Assembly (NCBI GenBank): GCA_029261065.1
Contig: JAJDCB010000030.1
Span: 196,876-260,875 of the forward strand
DNA from: Candidatus Omnitrophota bacterium
Lineage (GTDB): Bacteria > Omnitrophota > Gorgyraeia > Zapsychrales > Zapsychraceae
Reading direction: 5' to 3'
Length of the DNA: 64,000 nucleotides
Shown in pieces: positions 27,533 to 36,981 of the stretch. Under the pieces are notes generated by a model. That model saw only the letters and a program-made list of their open reading frames with translations, was not told the DNA's origin and did no database searches. The translations under genes were made by a program, and so were the position numbers. How positions within the stretch are numbered: the stretch's first letter is position 1; every line of letters starts with the position of its first letter.

Positions 27533-29089
27533 TTATGGCTTAACCATCCGCAAAACAGTTTTACCCTCCTCACAAAAATCAATAGCATAAGAACTGACTC
27601 GCATGAAGATGAGGGGGAGTTTTTCACGATTTTTACATTGAACGCCTTCTCTTCCTCCAAAGGGATTTCTGTGGCCTACTTTGGCAATGGAGAAAGGGCC
27701 ACCGGTGTAGAGTTGCCAGGTTTGGTCGATCATATTTCCATTGATGTCCTGTTGATTAAAATGAGTGAAGTTAGGTTCTATGCCAAGAACATGAGTGACT
27801 TTTCCATAGGCGTCGTGAGTAAGAATTTCTTTGCGAATTTTTGTCCATTGGTCTTTTTTGTAAGATTCTTTTAATTGAGGCTTTCTCCAATAGGTGAGAC
27901 TGGTGGGTGGAAAAATAAGATATAACATTAATCCCGCCAAACACACGTAACCACCCCATTTCATTTCCCAGTTTTTTTTGATCACATCGCGTGCAAAATA
28001 ACTTAAAAAGAAAATAAACGGAAGTAACCCAGCCATCGCATAGCGACCAATCCACGTCTCAGGCCCCCAGGACCATTTGAAGTATTTAACGGAAAGAAGT
28101 AACATCAACGCAAGTTGGGCTAGGCCTAATCCCGCGACAATAAGAAGTTTTAATCGATCATTTCGATTTTTATTTTGAATAATAGTATAACCTATACAAA
28201 AAAGAAATAATCCTACCCAAAGCCAAATGTTTGGAATAAATAAATATTTGCTTAAACTTTGTAAGCTTAGCGAAATGGCTTCAGACGTGTTTGATGTTAT
28301 TTCTGTACGAAGCGCAGGTTTTGTCATTACGAAACGCAGGAATAGCCCTTCTATAATTCCAACGCCATAAACGAGAAGGAGGCAAGCACTTTTAAATAGG
28401 TCGTTTAATTTCTCAAGCGAAAGAGAAGGAATGCAATGGTGATTAGTCAGAACAAAAACAAAGACTTGGATAAACAAAGAGTAGGTCGAATAAATGTGTG
28501 CGGCTCCTGCAATAAGGACTGAAATACTCCAACACATAAGCAGGATGTGAGAGGCGAGCTTTGATTTATGTTCGCTTGTTAAGAGTAGCGTTAATAAACA
28601 CCAAGAAAGGGCGCTATGAGCAAAGCCGCTTGTATGAAATCTTAGCTCTGTTCCCAAATGAGAAGACATATAATTAATGGTGACCAATAACACCGTAATA
28701 AATGTTGCAAAGAGATTTGATCGAGAGAGGCGACGGCTGATAATAAAAACGCTTGTTATAAAGATGATGCTGTAAAGAGTAAGGGGAAGTCTTAAGATCA
28801 ATTCAACATGTTCCATAATACTATTTAAAGGCAAACTGGCCTTTAAGAGTTTTAGATAAGCCCAATACTCAACAAATGACCAAGGCATAGCAGCAATCAG
28901 ATCACGGAGGGCTACGTAGAAATAGGGAGAGAATGGTTTATGATTGGCCACATAGAGCATCAACGTTTCATCTTGCCAAAGAGGGGTGTACCAACTATAG
29001 AGAATGCGTCCAATGAGGGTGTGCAGGACGATAATAATAAAAGAAAGATAGATAAGGAGCGAGCTGAAGTGAGTTTGGGGGCGTTTCAT
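27533..29089 (-). CDS. GT-C/PMT_2-like multi-TM membrane protein
   Basis: PLWQDE after TM1, LRLPL, TELRF motifs; about 12 TMs. Confidence 0.65.
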   Translation of the reverse strand: MKRPQTHFSSLLIYLSFIIIVLHTLIGRILYSWYTPLWQDETLMLYVANHKPFSPYFYVALRDLIAAMPWSFVEYWAYLKLLKASLPLNSIMEHVELILRLPLTLYSIIFITSVFIISRRLSRSNLFATFITVLLVTINYMSSHLGTELRFHTSGFAHSALSWCLLTLLLTSEHKSKLASHILLMCWSISVLIAGAAHIYSTYSLFIQVFVFVLTNHHCIPSLSLEKLNDLFKSACLLLVYGVGIIEGLFLRFVMTKPALRTEITSNTSEAISLSLQSLSKYLFIPNIWLWVGLFLFCIGYTIIQNKNRNDRLKLLIVAGLGLAQLALMLLLSVKYFKWSWGPETWIGRYAMAGLLPFIFFLSYFARDVIKKNWEMKWGGYVCLAGLMLYLIFPPTSLTYWRKPQLKESYKKDQWTKIRKEILTHDAYGKVTHVLGIEPNFTHFNQQDINGNMIDQTWQLYTGGPFSIAKVGHRNPFGGREGVQCKNREKLPLIFMRVSSYAIDFCEEGKTVLRMVKP

Positions 29090-29200
29090 TTGAAATCACC
29101 TTAACAGGTAAGAGAAATATTGTCAAAAAGTTAAGAAAGACTGCTGGGGTCTTCAAGAGGTCGAATTGATTTATTGAGACCGTATAGTATACTGGTAATC

Positions 29201-30019
29201 ATGGATTATCAAAACAGTGCTCGTGACATTCTAAATAATCGACTTAAAAAACCTAAAGCAGGTTTGTTTCAGGTTGATACCTGTTTAAAAAACTTTGCCC
29301 TCATAAACTATGCCTTACCTAAGAGTCGTTTGGAGCGGCATATTCCAGCGCAACATTTTGATATCCCTGAATTTGAGATAGGTGGCAAAAAGATGGCTCT
29401 TATGAGTGTCGTGCCTTTTTATGACGAAGATTTTCGATTTGTGAATATATGTCCATTCTTAAAATTTGGTTTTCCTCAAACCAATTTTCGTGTTTATGTG
29501 ATCAACAAAAAAACAAACGAACATGTGGCTTGGTTTTTGGGAACAACGCTAGGCTCTCCCTTGGTTAAAATTTCACAATTGTTCTGGAAATTACCTTGGC
29601 ATTTTGCGAGATATGATTTTAAATGCCAATTTAATGCTGCTGAGAATAGGTTTCAAAAATACAACGTAGAATTTACTTCTGATTGGTGTCAAGCATCACT
29701 TGAAATAGAAGACACCGGACATCCGATTGATACGGTTGAAGGATTTAGCTCTTTTGATGAGATGATGTTAATATTAACGCACCCGGTAGAAGGTTATTTC
29801 TTTAGAACGGATGGTAAGGTAGGAACGTATTCAATTTGGCACGAAGAGATGACATTAACGAAAGCGCATTCAAAACATCTATATTTTAGTCTTTTTGAAA
29901 AGTTAGGACTTCTCTCGAAAGAAGAGATGAATAGCCCTCATTCTATCTTTGTGTGTCCTGAGATAGGGTTTAAAATTTTGTTGCCGCCAAAAGAACAATT
30001 AGGGCTCCGACCCTATTAA
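29201..30019 (+). CDS. DUF2071 family protein
   Basis: FALINYA, LMSVVPF, FPQTNFRVYV, WFLGTTL, LPWH, LTHP; -10 TATACT 7 nt before ATG 29201. Confidence 0.78.
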   Translation: MDYQNSARDILNNRLKKPKAGLFQVDTCLKNFALINYALPKSRLERHIPAQHFDIPEFEIGGKKMALMSVVPFYDEDFRFVNICPFLKFGFPQTNFRVYVINKKTNEHVAWFLGTTLGSPLVKISQLFWKLPWHFARYDFKCQFNAAENRFQKYNVEFTSDWCQASLEIEDTGHPIDTVEGFSSFDEMMLILTHPVEGYFFRTDGKVGTYSIWHEEMTLTKAHSKHLYFSLFEKLGLLSKEEMNSPHSIFVCPEIGFKILLPPKEQLGLRPY

Positions 30020-30026
30020 TATTATT

Positions 30027-30476
30027 ATGAAAATAATAAGAAACCTTTTTCTAGTTTTTATTATCCTAATTTTTACAGGTTGTGCCAGCCTATTTATGGA
30101 GAAAGATAGTTATTCTCAACGTATATCTATTAAGACTAATCCTTCTGGTGCTGCAATTTTTGTGGATGGAATTCCTGAGTATGAAAATGATCGTTTGAAA
30201 GCTCCTTCTGGTGGTGCTATTCTCAAAACATCAGAACGTATGCGAAGGACACCAAATATAATTTCTTTAACGAAAAATAAAGGCCCGTATATCATTAGGC
30301 TGGAAAAAGAGGGTTATCAGTCTGTTGAGATTGAAGTCAGTGAAAAATTTAACAACATGGCATTGCTTAATACTGTAAATTTTATTGCTTGGGATATTGA
30401 TAGTCAAATGGGTTTTACAAAAGTCTTCAAACCTAGAAAAATTAAAATCAAACTTGAGAAGATTGAGGTAGAATAA
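30027..30476 (+). CDS. PEGA-domain lipoprotein
   Basis: FTG^C lipobox; TNPSGAAIFVDG...TP...LEKEGY. Confidence 0.82.
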   Translation: MKIIRNLFLVFIILIFTGCASLFMEKDSYSQRISIKTNPSGAAIFVDGIPEYENDRLKAPSGGAILKTSERMRRTPNIISLTKNKGPYIIRLEKEGYQSVEIEVSEKFNNMALLNTVNFIAWDIDSQMGFTKVFKPRKIKIKLEKIEVE

Positions 30477-30521
30477 TTGGTATTTTTTATTGAGCTATAA
30501 GATGTTGTGTGTCAATATTTG

Positions 30522-30583
30522 AATAATAGGGGTCAGCGCCCTAATTATTAAAAAGAACAGCTAGGGCGCTGACCCCTATTATT
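30522..30583. repeat. long inverted repeat AATAATAGGGGTCAGCGCCCTA...TAGGGCGCTGACCCCTATTATT
   Basis: 22-bp perfect stem with AT-rich loop, just upstream of purB. Confidence 0.85.
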
Positions 30584-30599
30584 GTAAGAAAGAGGTTAT

Positions 30600-31958
30600 A
30601 TGTCACAACTAAAATCACTTACATCTCTCGACGGCCGATATCAGAAATCGGTCGAAGAGTTGAGGGATATTTTTTCCGAATTTGGATTAATGAAATCGCG
30701 TGTTTTTGTGGAGGTTCAGTGGTTTAAGTTTTTGGCGGCTGACTTAAAAGTTTTTACTGTTGCGAATGATAAGTTGAAGGAAATTGATCATATTGTTGAT
30801 GGGTTTGATTTAAAAGACGCACAAGAGATTAAAGATATTGAGAAAACAACGAATCATGATGTGAAGGCTGTGGAATATTTTCTTAAGAAGAAGTTTGTGG
30901 CGCTTGGGCTAGAAGAGCTTCAAGAATGGATTCATTTTTCATGTACGTCAGCTGATATCAACAATACTTCTTATGCCTTGATGCTTAAAGAGGGGCGGGG
31001 GTTTTTGTTAAATTCTTTTCAAGAGACATTAACGCGGTGTGAGGATCTTGCCAAACAATATAAATCTGTTCCCATGATGTCCCGCACCCATGGGCAGCCA
31101 GCGACACCTACGACGGTGGGGAAAGAATTTGTTAATTTCGCTTGGCGAATCAAAAGAGAGCTTGAAATTTTAGAACGTCTTCCTATTGAGGCTAAGTTTA
31201 ATGGCGCTACAGGAAGTTTTAATGCGCATCATTTTGTTTATCCTGATATCGATTGGATACAGGCAAGTCAAAAATATTTGTCAGAATATTTAGGCGTTAC
31301 CCCACTTCTTTACACCATTCAAATTAACCCCAACAATTATATCTCCGAACTATTGCATTGTTTGATTCGTCTATCTTCCATTCTCATTGATTTGGATCGT
31401 GATATGTGGGGTTACATCTCGCTTGGTTATTTTAAACAAAAATTAAAAGCGGGTGAGGTTGGTTCCTCAACCATGCCGCACAAAGTAAATCCGATTGATT
31501 TTGAAAACAGTGAAGGCAATTTAGGACTTGGCATTTCTCTTATGCAACATCTCTCAACAAAACTCTTAAACTCCCGTTTTCAGCGTGATCTCACCGACAG
31601 CACTGTCATGCGTAATCTTGGTGCTGTGTTTGGATATGTGTTGTTAGGCATTAAGAGCACGCAAAAGGGTTTAAATAAAATTGATATTAATGAAGAAGGC
31701 ATCGCCGCAGATCTTAACAATAACTGGGAACTTCTCGCTGAACCCATTCAAACCGTTATGCGCGTTTATGGGGAGGAGAACCCTTATGAGAAACTCAAAG
31801 AACTAACGCGAGGTGTCAAGATTTCACAAAAGGAGTTGGTTGCCTTTGTCGATAATCTTAAAAATGTGCCAGAAGATGTCAAACAAAGAATGAGAGCGTT
31901 AACACCGTCAAGTTATGTTGGGGTAGCCGAGCAATTGGTGGATCGTTATTTTGCTTAA
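30600..31958 (+). CDS. purB: adenylosuccinate lyase
   Basis: LDGRY, TNHDVKAVEY, SRTHGQPATPTT, GSSTMPHKVNPIDFENSEGN. Confidence 0.97.
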   Translation: MSQLKSLTSLDGRYQKSVEELRDIFSEFGLMKSRVFVEVQWFKFLAADLKVFTVANDKLKEIDHIVDGFDLKDAQEIKDIEKTTNHDVKAVEYFLKKKFVALGLEELQEWIHFSCTSADINNTSYALMLKEGRGFLLNSFQETLTRCEDLAKQYKSVPMMSRTHGQPATPTTVGKEFVNFAWRIKRELEILERLPIEAKFNGATGSFNAHHFVYPDIDWIQASQKYLSEYLGVTPLLYTIQINPNNYISELLHCLIRLSSILIDLDRDMWGYISLGYFKQKLKAGEVGSSTMPHKVNPIDFENSEGNLGLGISLMQHLSTKLLNSRFQRDLTDSTVMRNLGAVFGYVLLGIKSTQKGLNKIDINEEGIAADLNNNWELLAEPIQTVMRVYGEENPYEKLKELTRGVKISQKELVAFVDNLKNVPEDVKQRMRALTPSSYVGVAEQLVDRYFA

Positions 31959-32043
31959 CCTAATGTTGTTTTGAAAGCAGAAAATGATCGTTAGTTTTTT
32001 TCTGGTGTGATATACTTATGAAAAAATAAAAAGGTATTAAGAG

Positions 32044-32337
32044 ATGAAATCAATTAAAAATATAAAGAGTTTGCTTGAGAAAAAACGCGATAAATTGGAT
32101 CAAGAGTATAACATTAAGAAGCTTGGTATTTTTGGATCTTACAGTAAAGGAACGGCTTCCAAGAAAAGTGATTTAGATATTCTTGTAGAATTTTCTGAAC
32201 CTCCAACAATATTTAAATTTGTACAACTTGAAAGGCGTCTTAGTCGTATATTAGGAATTAAAGTGGATCTTGTTACGAAGAATGCCTTAAAATCATTAAT
32301 GAAAAAAGAAGTTTTAACTGAGACTGTTTTTTTATGA
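32044..32337 (+). CDS. minimal nucleotidyltransferase (MntA-like antitoxin)
   Basis: GIFGSYSKG..SDLDILV; KVDLVT. Confidence 0.92.
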   Translation: MKSIKNIKSLLEKKRDKLDQEYNIKKLGIFGSYSKGTASKKSDLDILVEFSEPPTIFKFVQLERRLSRILGIKVDLVTKNALKSLMKKEVLTETVFL

Positions 32338-32672
32338 CTAAGAGAAAAGATGATCTTTATCTGAAAGATATGCTGGGTGCCATAAAAAATATTGAAAATT
32401 ATACAAAAAATATTTCTTTTAAAAAATTTTCTTCAACGCAAATGATTATCGATGCTGTTGTTAGAAACTTCGAAATCATAGGTGAAGCTTCCAAAAATCT
32501 ATCCCAGAAAACCAAATCCACCATTTCTGATATTCCATGGAAAGACGTGACAGGTATGCGAAATAAGATTGTTCATGAATACTTTGGAGTTGATTTACAA
32601 ATTATTTGGACAACGATCCATGAAGCTTTACCCGTTTTTAAGAAAGCAATTAAGAAATGGAATAAAGTTTGA
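32334..32672 (+). CDS. HEPN/DUF86 RNase toxin (HepT-like)
   Basis: DAVVRNFEIIGEA, IPW..GMRNKIVHEYFG (RX4H); ATGA overlap with the MNT gene. Confidence 0.92.
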   Translation: MTKRKDDLYLKDMLGAIKNIENYTKNISFKKFSSTQMIIDAVVRNFEIIGEASKNLSQKTKSTISDIPWKDVTGMRNKIVHEYFGVDLQIIWTTIHEALPVFKKAIKKWNKV

Positions 32673-32704
32673 GTCCTGCTTTGTATTTAAATAACTTCTA
32701 AAAA

Positions 32705-33382
32705 ATGAACAAGATACTCATCCTCATCCCCCCTTCAGAAGGAAAGCAGCCCAATGGCCATTCTAATCCTTTAAAAAAAGTTGAAGAACCAGCACGGAGC
32801 ATGGTCTCTAAGATTAATGAATATGAGGGCGAGTGGGGTAAGGTGTTGGGAGTTAAGGATAAGGCTTTAGAGAAGGCGTTGGATGCCAATAAGAAGATAT
32901 TAAGTTCTAAAACATTACCCGCGATTGAACGGTATACAGGCGTTGTTTACAACGCTATTGGTTATCCTTCCTTTTCAAAGGAGTCGAAGAATTTTTTTGA
33001 TCAACATGTGCGCATTGTTTCAGCTCTTTGGGGATTAGTTAAGCCCACGGATCTCATTCCGGATTATAAATTAAAGATTGATAAATTGGGGGCAGATAAA
33101 TATTGGTTGCCTATTAATCGCGAAATATTAAAAAATGTTTTTGTCATTGATTTATTACCTAAGGCGCATAAAAAGGCTGTTGCTTTTGACAGTGGTGTTT
33201 CGGTTGATTTTATTGTAACCAAAAATGGCAAGTCGGTTCCCGCAGGTCATCAGGGAAAACACATTAAAGGTCGTTTTATTCGTTGGTTGGCTCAGCAGCA
33301 ATCTTGCGATCCTAAGATGTTTAAAGAATTTAAGGAAGAGGGTTTTCAATGGTGTGGAGAAAAATTTGTGAAGGTTTCCTAG
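32705..33382 (+). CDS. yaaA: peroxide stress protein YaaA family
   Basis: LIPPSEGK, PAIERYTGVVY, SALWGL..P.D.IPDYKL, KHIKG. Confidence 0.88.
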   Translation: MNKILILIPPSEGKQPNGHSNPLKKVEEPARSMVSKINEYEGEWGKVLGVKDKALEKALDANKKILSSKTLPAIERYTGVVYNAIGYPSFSKESKNFFDQHVRIVSALWGLVKPTDLIPDYKLKIDKLGADKYWLPINREILKNVFVIDLLPKAHKKAVAFDSGVSVDFIVTKNGKSVPAGHQGKHIKGRFIRWLAQQQSCDPKMFKEFKEEGFQWCGEKFVKVS

Positions 33383-33550
33383 AAACAATTGAGCTATTAT
33401 TGGATACAGAAGCGCTAAAGCGAATTAAGCGATCTAAAAAGGCTATTTTAAAAGGCGAGGTTTTCTCGCTTAAAGATATTAGACGAAAGCTTGAAAAGAA
33501 TGTATGATGTTGAATTATCGCTTGTTTTTTTGAAGGGTAATGGCATATAA
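33349..33550 (+). pseudogene. remnant of Phd/YefM-type antitoxin C-terminus plus RelE/ParE-type toxin N-terminal stub
   Basis: 33349-33507 encodes ..EGFLETIELLLDTEALKRIKRSKKAILKGEVFSLKDI..; an overlapping ATG at 33500 gives MYDVELS.. ending after 16 aa. Confidence 0.6.
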
Positions 33551-33594
33551 GCATTGTTTGTTATTTCAATCCTGGCTGTTCTGTTCTTCATGGA

Positions 33595-33777
33595 TGTCAT
33601 TCTCGCCTCTTATGTCATTCCCGCGAAAGCGGGAATCCTATGGGATAAACTCCAGCGGGAATCTACAGGAGCAGAACTTGTTATAAATACCAAATTTTAG
33701 ATCCCGGATCAAGTCTGGGACGACAATTTCCGCTTTGTTACCTTAATTGTGATGAAGTACAGAAAGCGGGAATGACA
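33595..33777. repeat. REP-like cluster
   Basis: GTCATTCCCGCGAAAGCGGGAATCC, AAACTCCAGCGGGAATC and GATCCCGGATCAAGTCTGGGACGAC. Confidence 0.9.
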
Positions 33778-33828
33778 TTATGTCTTTTAAGACATTTATT
33801 ATCAATACCAAATCGAAAGGTGCCTTCC

Positions 33829-34896
33829 ATGGATCAAGAATCAAAAGAGTTTTTAAAAGGCCTTTTGGCCCAATGCGGACCTAGTGGGTTTGAGGAAAGT
33901 GTGCAGAAGTTTTGGACAAAGCGAACTAAAAATTATGCCGATAACATCACACGTGATGTGCATGGCAATGCGATTGCGGTTTTAAATGAATCAGCCAAAT
34001 TTAAAGTGATGCTTGCCGGACATTGCGATGAGATTGGTTTTATTATTTCGCATATTTCTGAAAAAGGTTTTTTGCACGTCGTCCCTATTGGTGGAATTGA
34101 TTCAGGTGTTTTGCCTGGATCGCAAGTCAAGATTCAGACGGAGAAGGGATGGGTTGATGGGATTATTGGAAAGAAGGCTATTCATCTTTTGGAACCTGAA
34201 GAACGTAAAAAAGCCATTCCCTTAAAAGATCTTTGGATTGATATTGGAGCGAAAAATAAAAAAGAAGCTCTAAAGGTTGTTTCTCTAGGAGATCCTGTTT
34301 CTTATGCGCCTAATTTTTTAGAATTATGTAACAATAATTTTTCTTCTAAGGGATGTGATAATAAGATGGGTGCTTTTGTTGTTTCAGAGGTTTTAAAAAT
34401 TTTATCTAAGCGCAAAAGTAGTTTAAAGGTTGCCGTGTATTCGGTATCAACCGTTCAAGAAGAAGTTGGGTTAAGGGGGGCAACGACAAGTGCTTACGGG
34501 ATTGATCCTGATGTGGGTATCGCTGTTGATGTTGGTCATGCTTCAGATTTACCGGATGTTGATAAAAGAGAAGTGGGCGATGTTTCTTTAGGTCTTGGTC
34601 CGATTCTTCATTTAGGTCCTGTTGTTAATCGAACTCTTGGCGCGCTTTTAATTAATACCGCCAAAAAGAAAAAAATTCCTTACCAATACTGTTCACTTGG
34701 TCGACCAGGTGGCACAGATACATCTGCTATGCAGTTAACACGAGCGGGAGTTGCTACAGCTTTAGTTAGCGTTCCGAATCGATATATGCATACCATGGTT
34801 GAAACGTGTTCCTTTACCGATTTGATTAACTCTGCCAAGCTCATCGCGGAAACAATATTGACGATGACGCCAAAAACGAGTTTTATTCCGAAATAA
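33829..34896 (+). CDS. M42 family metallopeptidase
   Basis: PSGFE, AGHCDEIG, DNKMG, QEEVGLRGA, GGTD, RYMHT. Confidence 0.93.
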   Translation: MDQESKEFLKGLLAQCGPSGFEESVQKFWTKRTKNYADNITRDVHGNAIAVLNESAKFKVMLAGHCDEIGFIISHISEKGFLHVVPIGGIDSGVLPGSQVKIQTEKGWVDGIIGKKAIHLLEPEERKKAIPLKDLWIDIGAKNKKEALKVVSLGDPVSYAPNFLELCNNNFSSKGCDNKMGAFVVSEVLKILSKRKSSLKVAVYSVSTVQEEVGLRGATTSAYGIDPDVGIAVDVGHASDLPDVDKREVGDVSLGLGPILHLGPVVNRTLGALLINTAKKKKIPYQYCSLGRPGGTDTSAMQLTRAGVATALVSVPNRYMHTMVETCSFTDLINSAKLIAETILTMTPKTSFIPK

Positions 34897-34902
34897 TAAT
34901 AG

Positions 34903-35020
34903 TGTCATTCCCGCCCCTTATGTCATTCCCGCGAAAGCGGGAATCCTACGGGGTAAACTCCAGCGGGGAACTATTAATAGTTATCATCCTTATGAGGTCC
35001 CCGCTTTCGCGGGGATGACA
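34903..35020. repeat. REP-like cluster
   Basis: Same family as 1799-1891. Confidence 0.9.
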
Positions 35021-35041
35021 CGTTTACTTTAAATATCTAGT

Positions 35042-36430
35042 ATGCCCCCAAAATCCAAACCCAAACTCACCGAAGGCCCTGTTGGCGCGCTTCTTATCAG
35101 ACTTACCATCCCCATGATCTGGGGACTGTTTTCAATTTTTACATTTAATTTAGTCGACACCATTTTCGTTGCGCGTCTTGGAACGACACATCTAGCTGCC
35201 ATTAGTTTTACATTTCCGGTTGTTATGGTTGCCACCAATCTTGCTATTGGTTTAGGGATTGGAACCTCATCGGTTGTCGCTCGGGCCATTGGTGAAAATG
35301 ATCATAAAAAAATTCAAAATTTAGCGACTAGTAGTTTAGTTTTGTCTTTAAGTGTTGTGTTTATATTTATGACGATTGGTTTTTTAACGATGGATCCGTT
35401 GTTTAAATTTATTGGTGCCAACGAAGAAACGTTAGTGCTCATTAAAGATTATATGAACATATGGTATGTTGGTTTGGTTTTTCTTTTTGTTCCACTGGTT
35501 GGAAATTATATTATTCGTGCGACAGGAGATATGTTTTGGCCCGGTATTATTATGGTGATCTCCTCAGTGGTTAATTTGATTTTAGATCCTATCTTCATTT
35601 TTGGTTTGTTTGGTTTTCCACGTTTAGAGATGAAGGGAGCGGCCTTGGCGACATTGGTGGCTTGGGTGATGACATTTTGTGCATCAAGCGCGATTCTATT
35701 TTTTCGAGAAAAATTTATTTCTCTACGTTGTCCGTCTTGGTCTGTGATTGTGAAATCTTGGAAGTCTATCATGCATGTCGCGCTTCCAGCGGCTGGCACG
35801 CATATGATTGTTCCTGTGGGAGTAGGTATTGTTATGAGTATGGTCGCCGTCTATGGAAAGGAAGCTGTAGCGGCTTTTGGTGCAGCTAGCCGTATTGAGA
35901 TGTTTGCGTTCATTATTGTTCTCGCTCTTTCTGCTGTGATAGGCCCATTTGTCGGACAGAATGTGGGGGCTAAAAGATGCGATCGTATTAATGAGGCGCT
36001 AAAAAAGTGTTATCGGTTTTGTATCTATTTTGGACTTCTGGAAGCGATTGTGTTAGCCTACTTCTCTAAAGAGGTGATGATGCTTTTTGATAGTGATCCG
36101 CTTGTGATTTATTACGGTCGGATGTTTCTTCTTATCATGCCTTTGGCTTATTGCGCTCATGGAATCATTTTTATTGCCTCAGGCGTCTTTAATGGTTCAG
36201 GGCATCCGTTACCAGCTGTTGTTGTATCGGTGTGTCGTATGTTTGTGCTTTATATTCCTTTGGCGTTTTGTTTTAAGGGTATGTTTGGGGTTCTGGGGAT
36301 TTATAGCGCTTATACTATTGCGACTTTGATTATGGGTGTGGTTGCGGTGAAGTGGAGTTTTAAGTATATTAGATCTTTTGAAAGTAATAATGTTGTTCCC
36401 GCGAAAACGGGGACCTCGGAATCGTTATAA
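35042..36430 (+). CDS. MATE family efflux transporter
   Basis: LTEGPV, NLVDTIFV..LG...LAAISFTFP, NLILDPIFIFG, VAAFG; 12 TMs. Confidence 0.94.
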   Translation: MPPKSKPKLTEGPVGALLIRLTIPMIWGLFSIFTFNLVDTIFVARLGTTHLAAISFTFPVVMVATNLAIGLGIGTSSVVARAIGENDHKKIQNLATSSLVLSLSVVFIFMTIGFLTMDPLFKFIGANEETLVLIKDYMNIWYVGLVFLFVPLVGNYIIRATGDMFWPGIIMVISSVVNLILDPIFIFGLFGFPRLEMKGAALATLVAWVMTFCASSAILFFREKFISLRCPSWSVIVKSWKSIMHVALPAAGTHMIVPVGVGIVMSMVAVYGKEAVAAFGAASRIEMFAFIIVLALSAVIGPFVGQNVGAKRCDRINEALKKCYRFCIYFGLLEAIVLAYFSKEVMMLFDSDPLVIYYGRMFLLIMPLAYCAHGIIFIASGVFNGSGHPLPAVVVSVCRMFVLYIPLAFCFKGMFGVLGIYSAYTIATLIMGVVAVKWSFKYIRSFESNNVVPAKTGTSESL

Positions 36431-36546
36431 TTATTAATGGATTCCCACTTTCGTGGGAATGACAAGGGTAATATGTCATCCCCGCGAAAGCGGGGATCTC
36501 GAAACAGTAATATTATTAATGGATCCCCGTTTTCACGGGGACGACA
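36391..36546. repeat. REP-like cluster (two inverted pairs) overlapping the MATE 3' end
   Basis: TCCCGCGAAAACGGGGAC, GGATTCCCACTTTCGTGGGAATGAC, GTCATCCCCGCGAAAGCGGGGATC. Confidence 0.88.
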
Positions 36547-36561
36547 CTAAAGGAGCAGACT

Positions 36562-36981
36562 ATGGGATTGGAAATTAACAATGTTGTTGTAAGTGGAAAT
36601 TTAACAAGAGACGTTGAGCTTAAGGAGTTATCTTCAGGACGTAAGGTCTGTGCGATGGGAATCGCGAATAACCGAACTTATGTGAGTAATGGTCAAAAGA
36701 CAGAAGAGGTATCTTTTTTTGATGTCGAAGTATGGGGCGTGATTGCTGAGAATTGTGCTAAGTATTTAAGTAAAGGGAGTCCTGTGGTTGTTGTTGGACG
36801 GATCAAACAAGAGAGATGGGAAACGGAACAAGGGGATAAGCGGAGTCGGATTAAGGTTGTTGCCGCGACAGTGCAATTTCTTATGTCAGGAAATAAGGGT
36901 GGAGATGGGAGTTCACAAACATCAACCGCATCAGCAGCACCAGCAGCATCAACAAGCACTACGGCTGAGGCGTGGAGTTAG
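36562..36981 (+). CDS. ssb: single-stranded DNA-binding protein (short tail)
   Basis: NNVVVSGNLTRDVEL, FFDVEVWG..AE.C..YLSKGSPV.V.GR. Confidence 0.95.
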   Translation: MGLEINNVVVSGNLTRDVELKELSSGRKVCAMGIANNRTYVSNGQKTEEVSFFDVEVWGVIAENCAKYLSKGSPVVVVGRIKQERWETEQGDKRSRIKVVAATVQFLMSGNKGGDGSSQTSTASAAPAASTSTTAEAWS

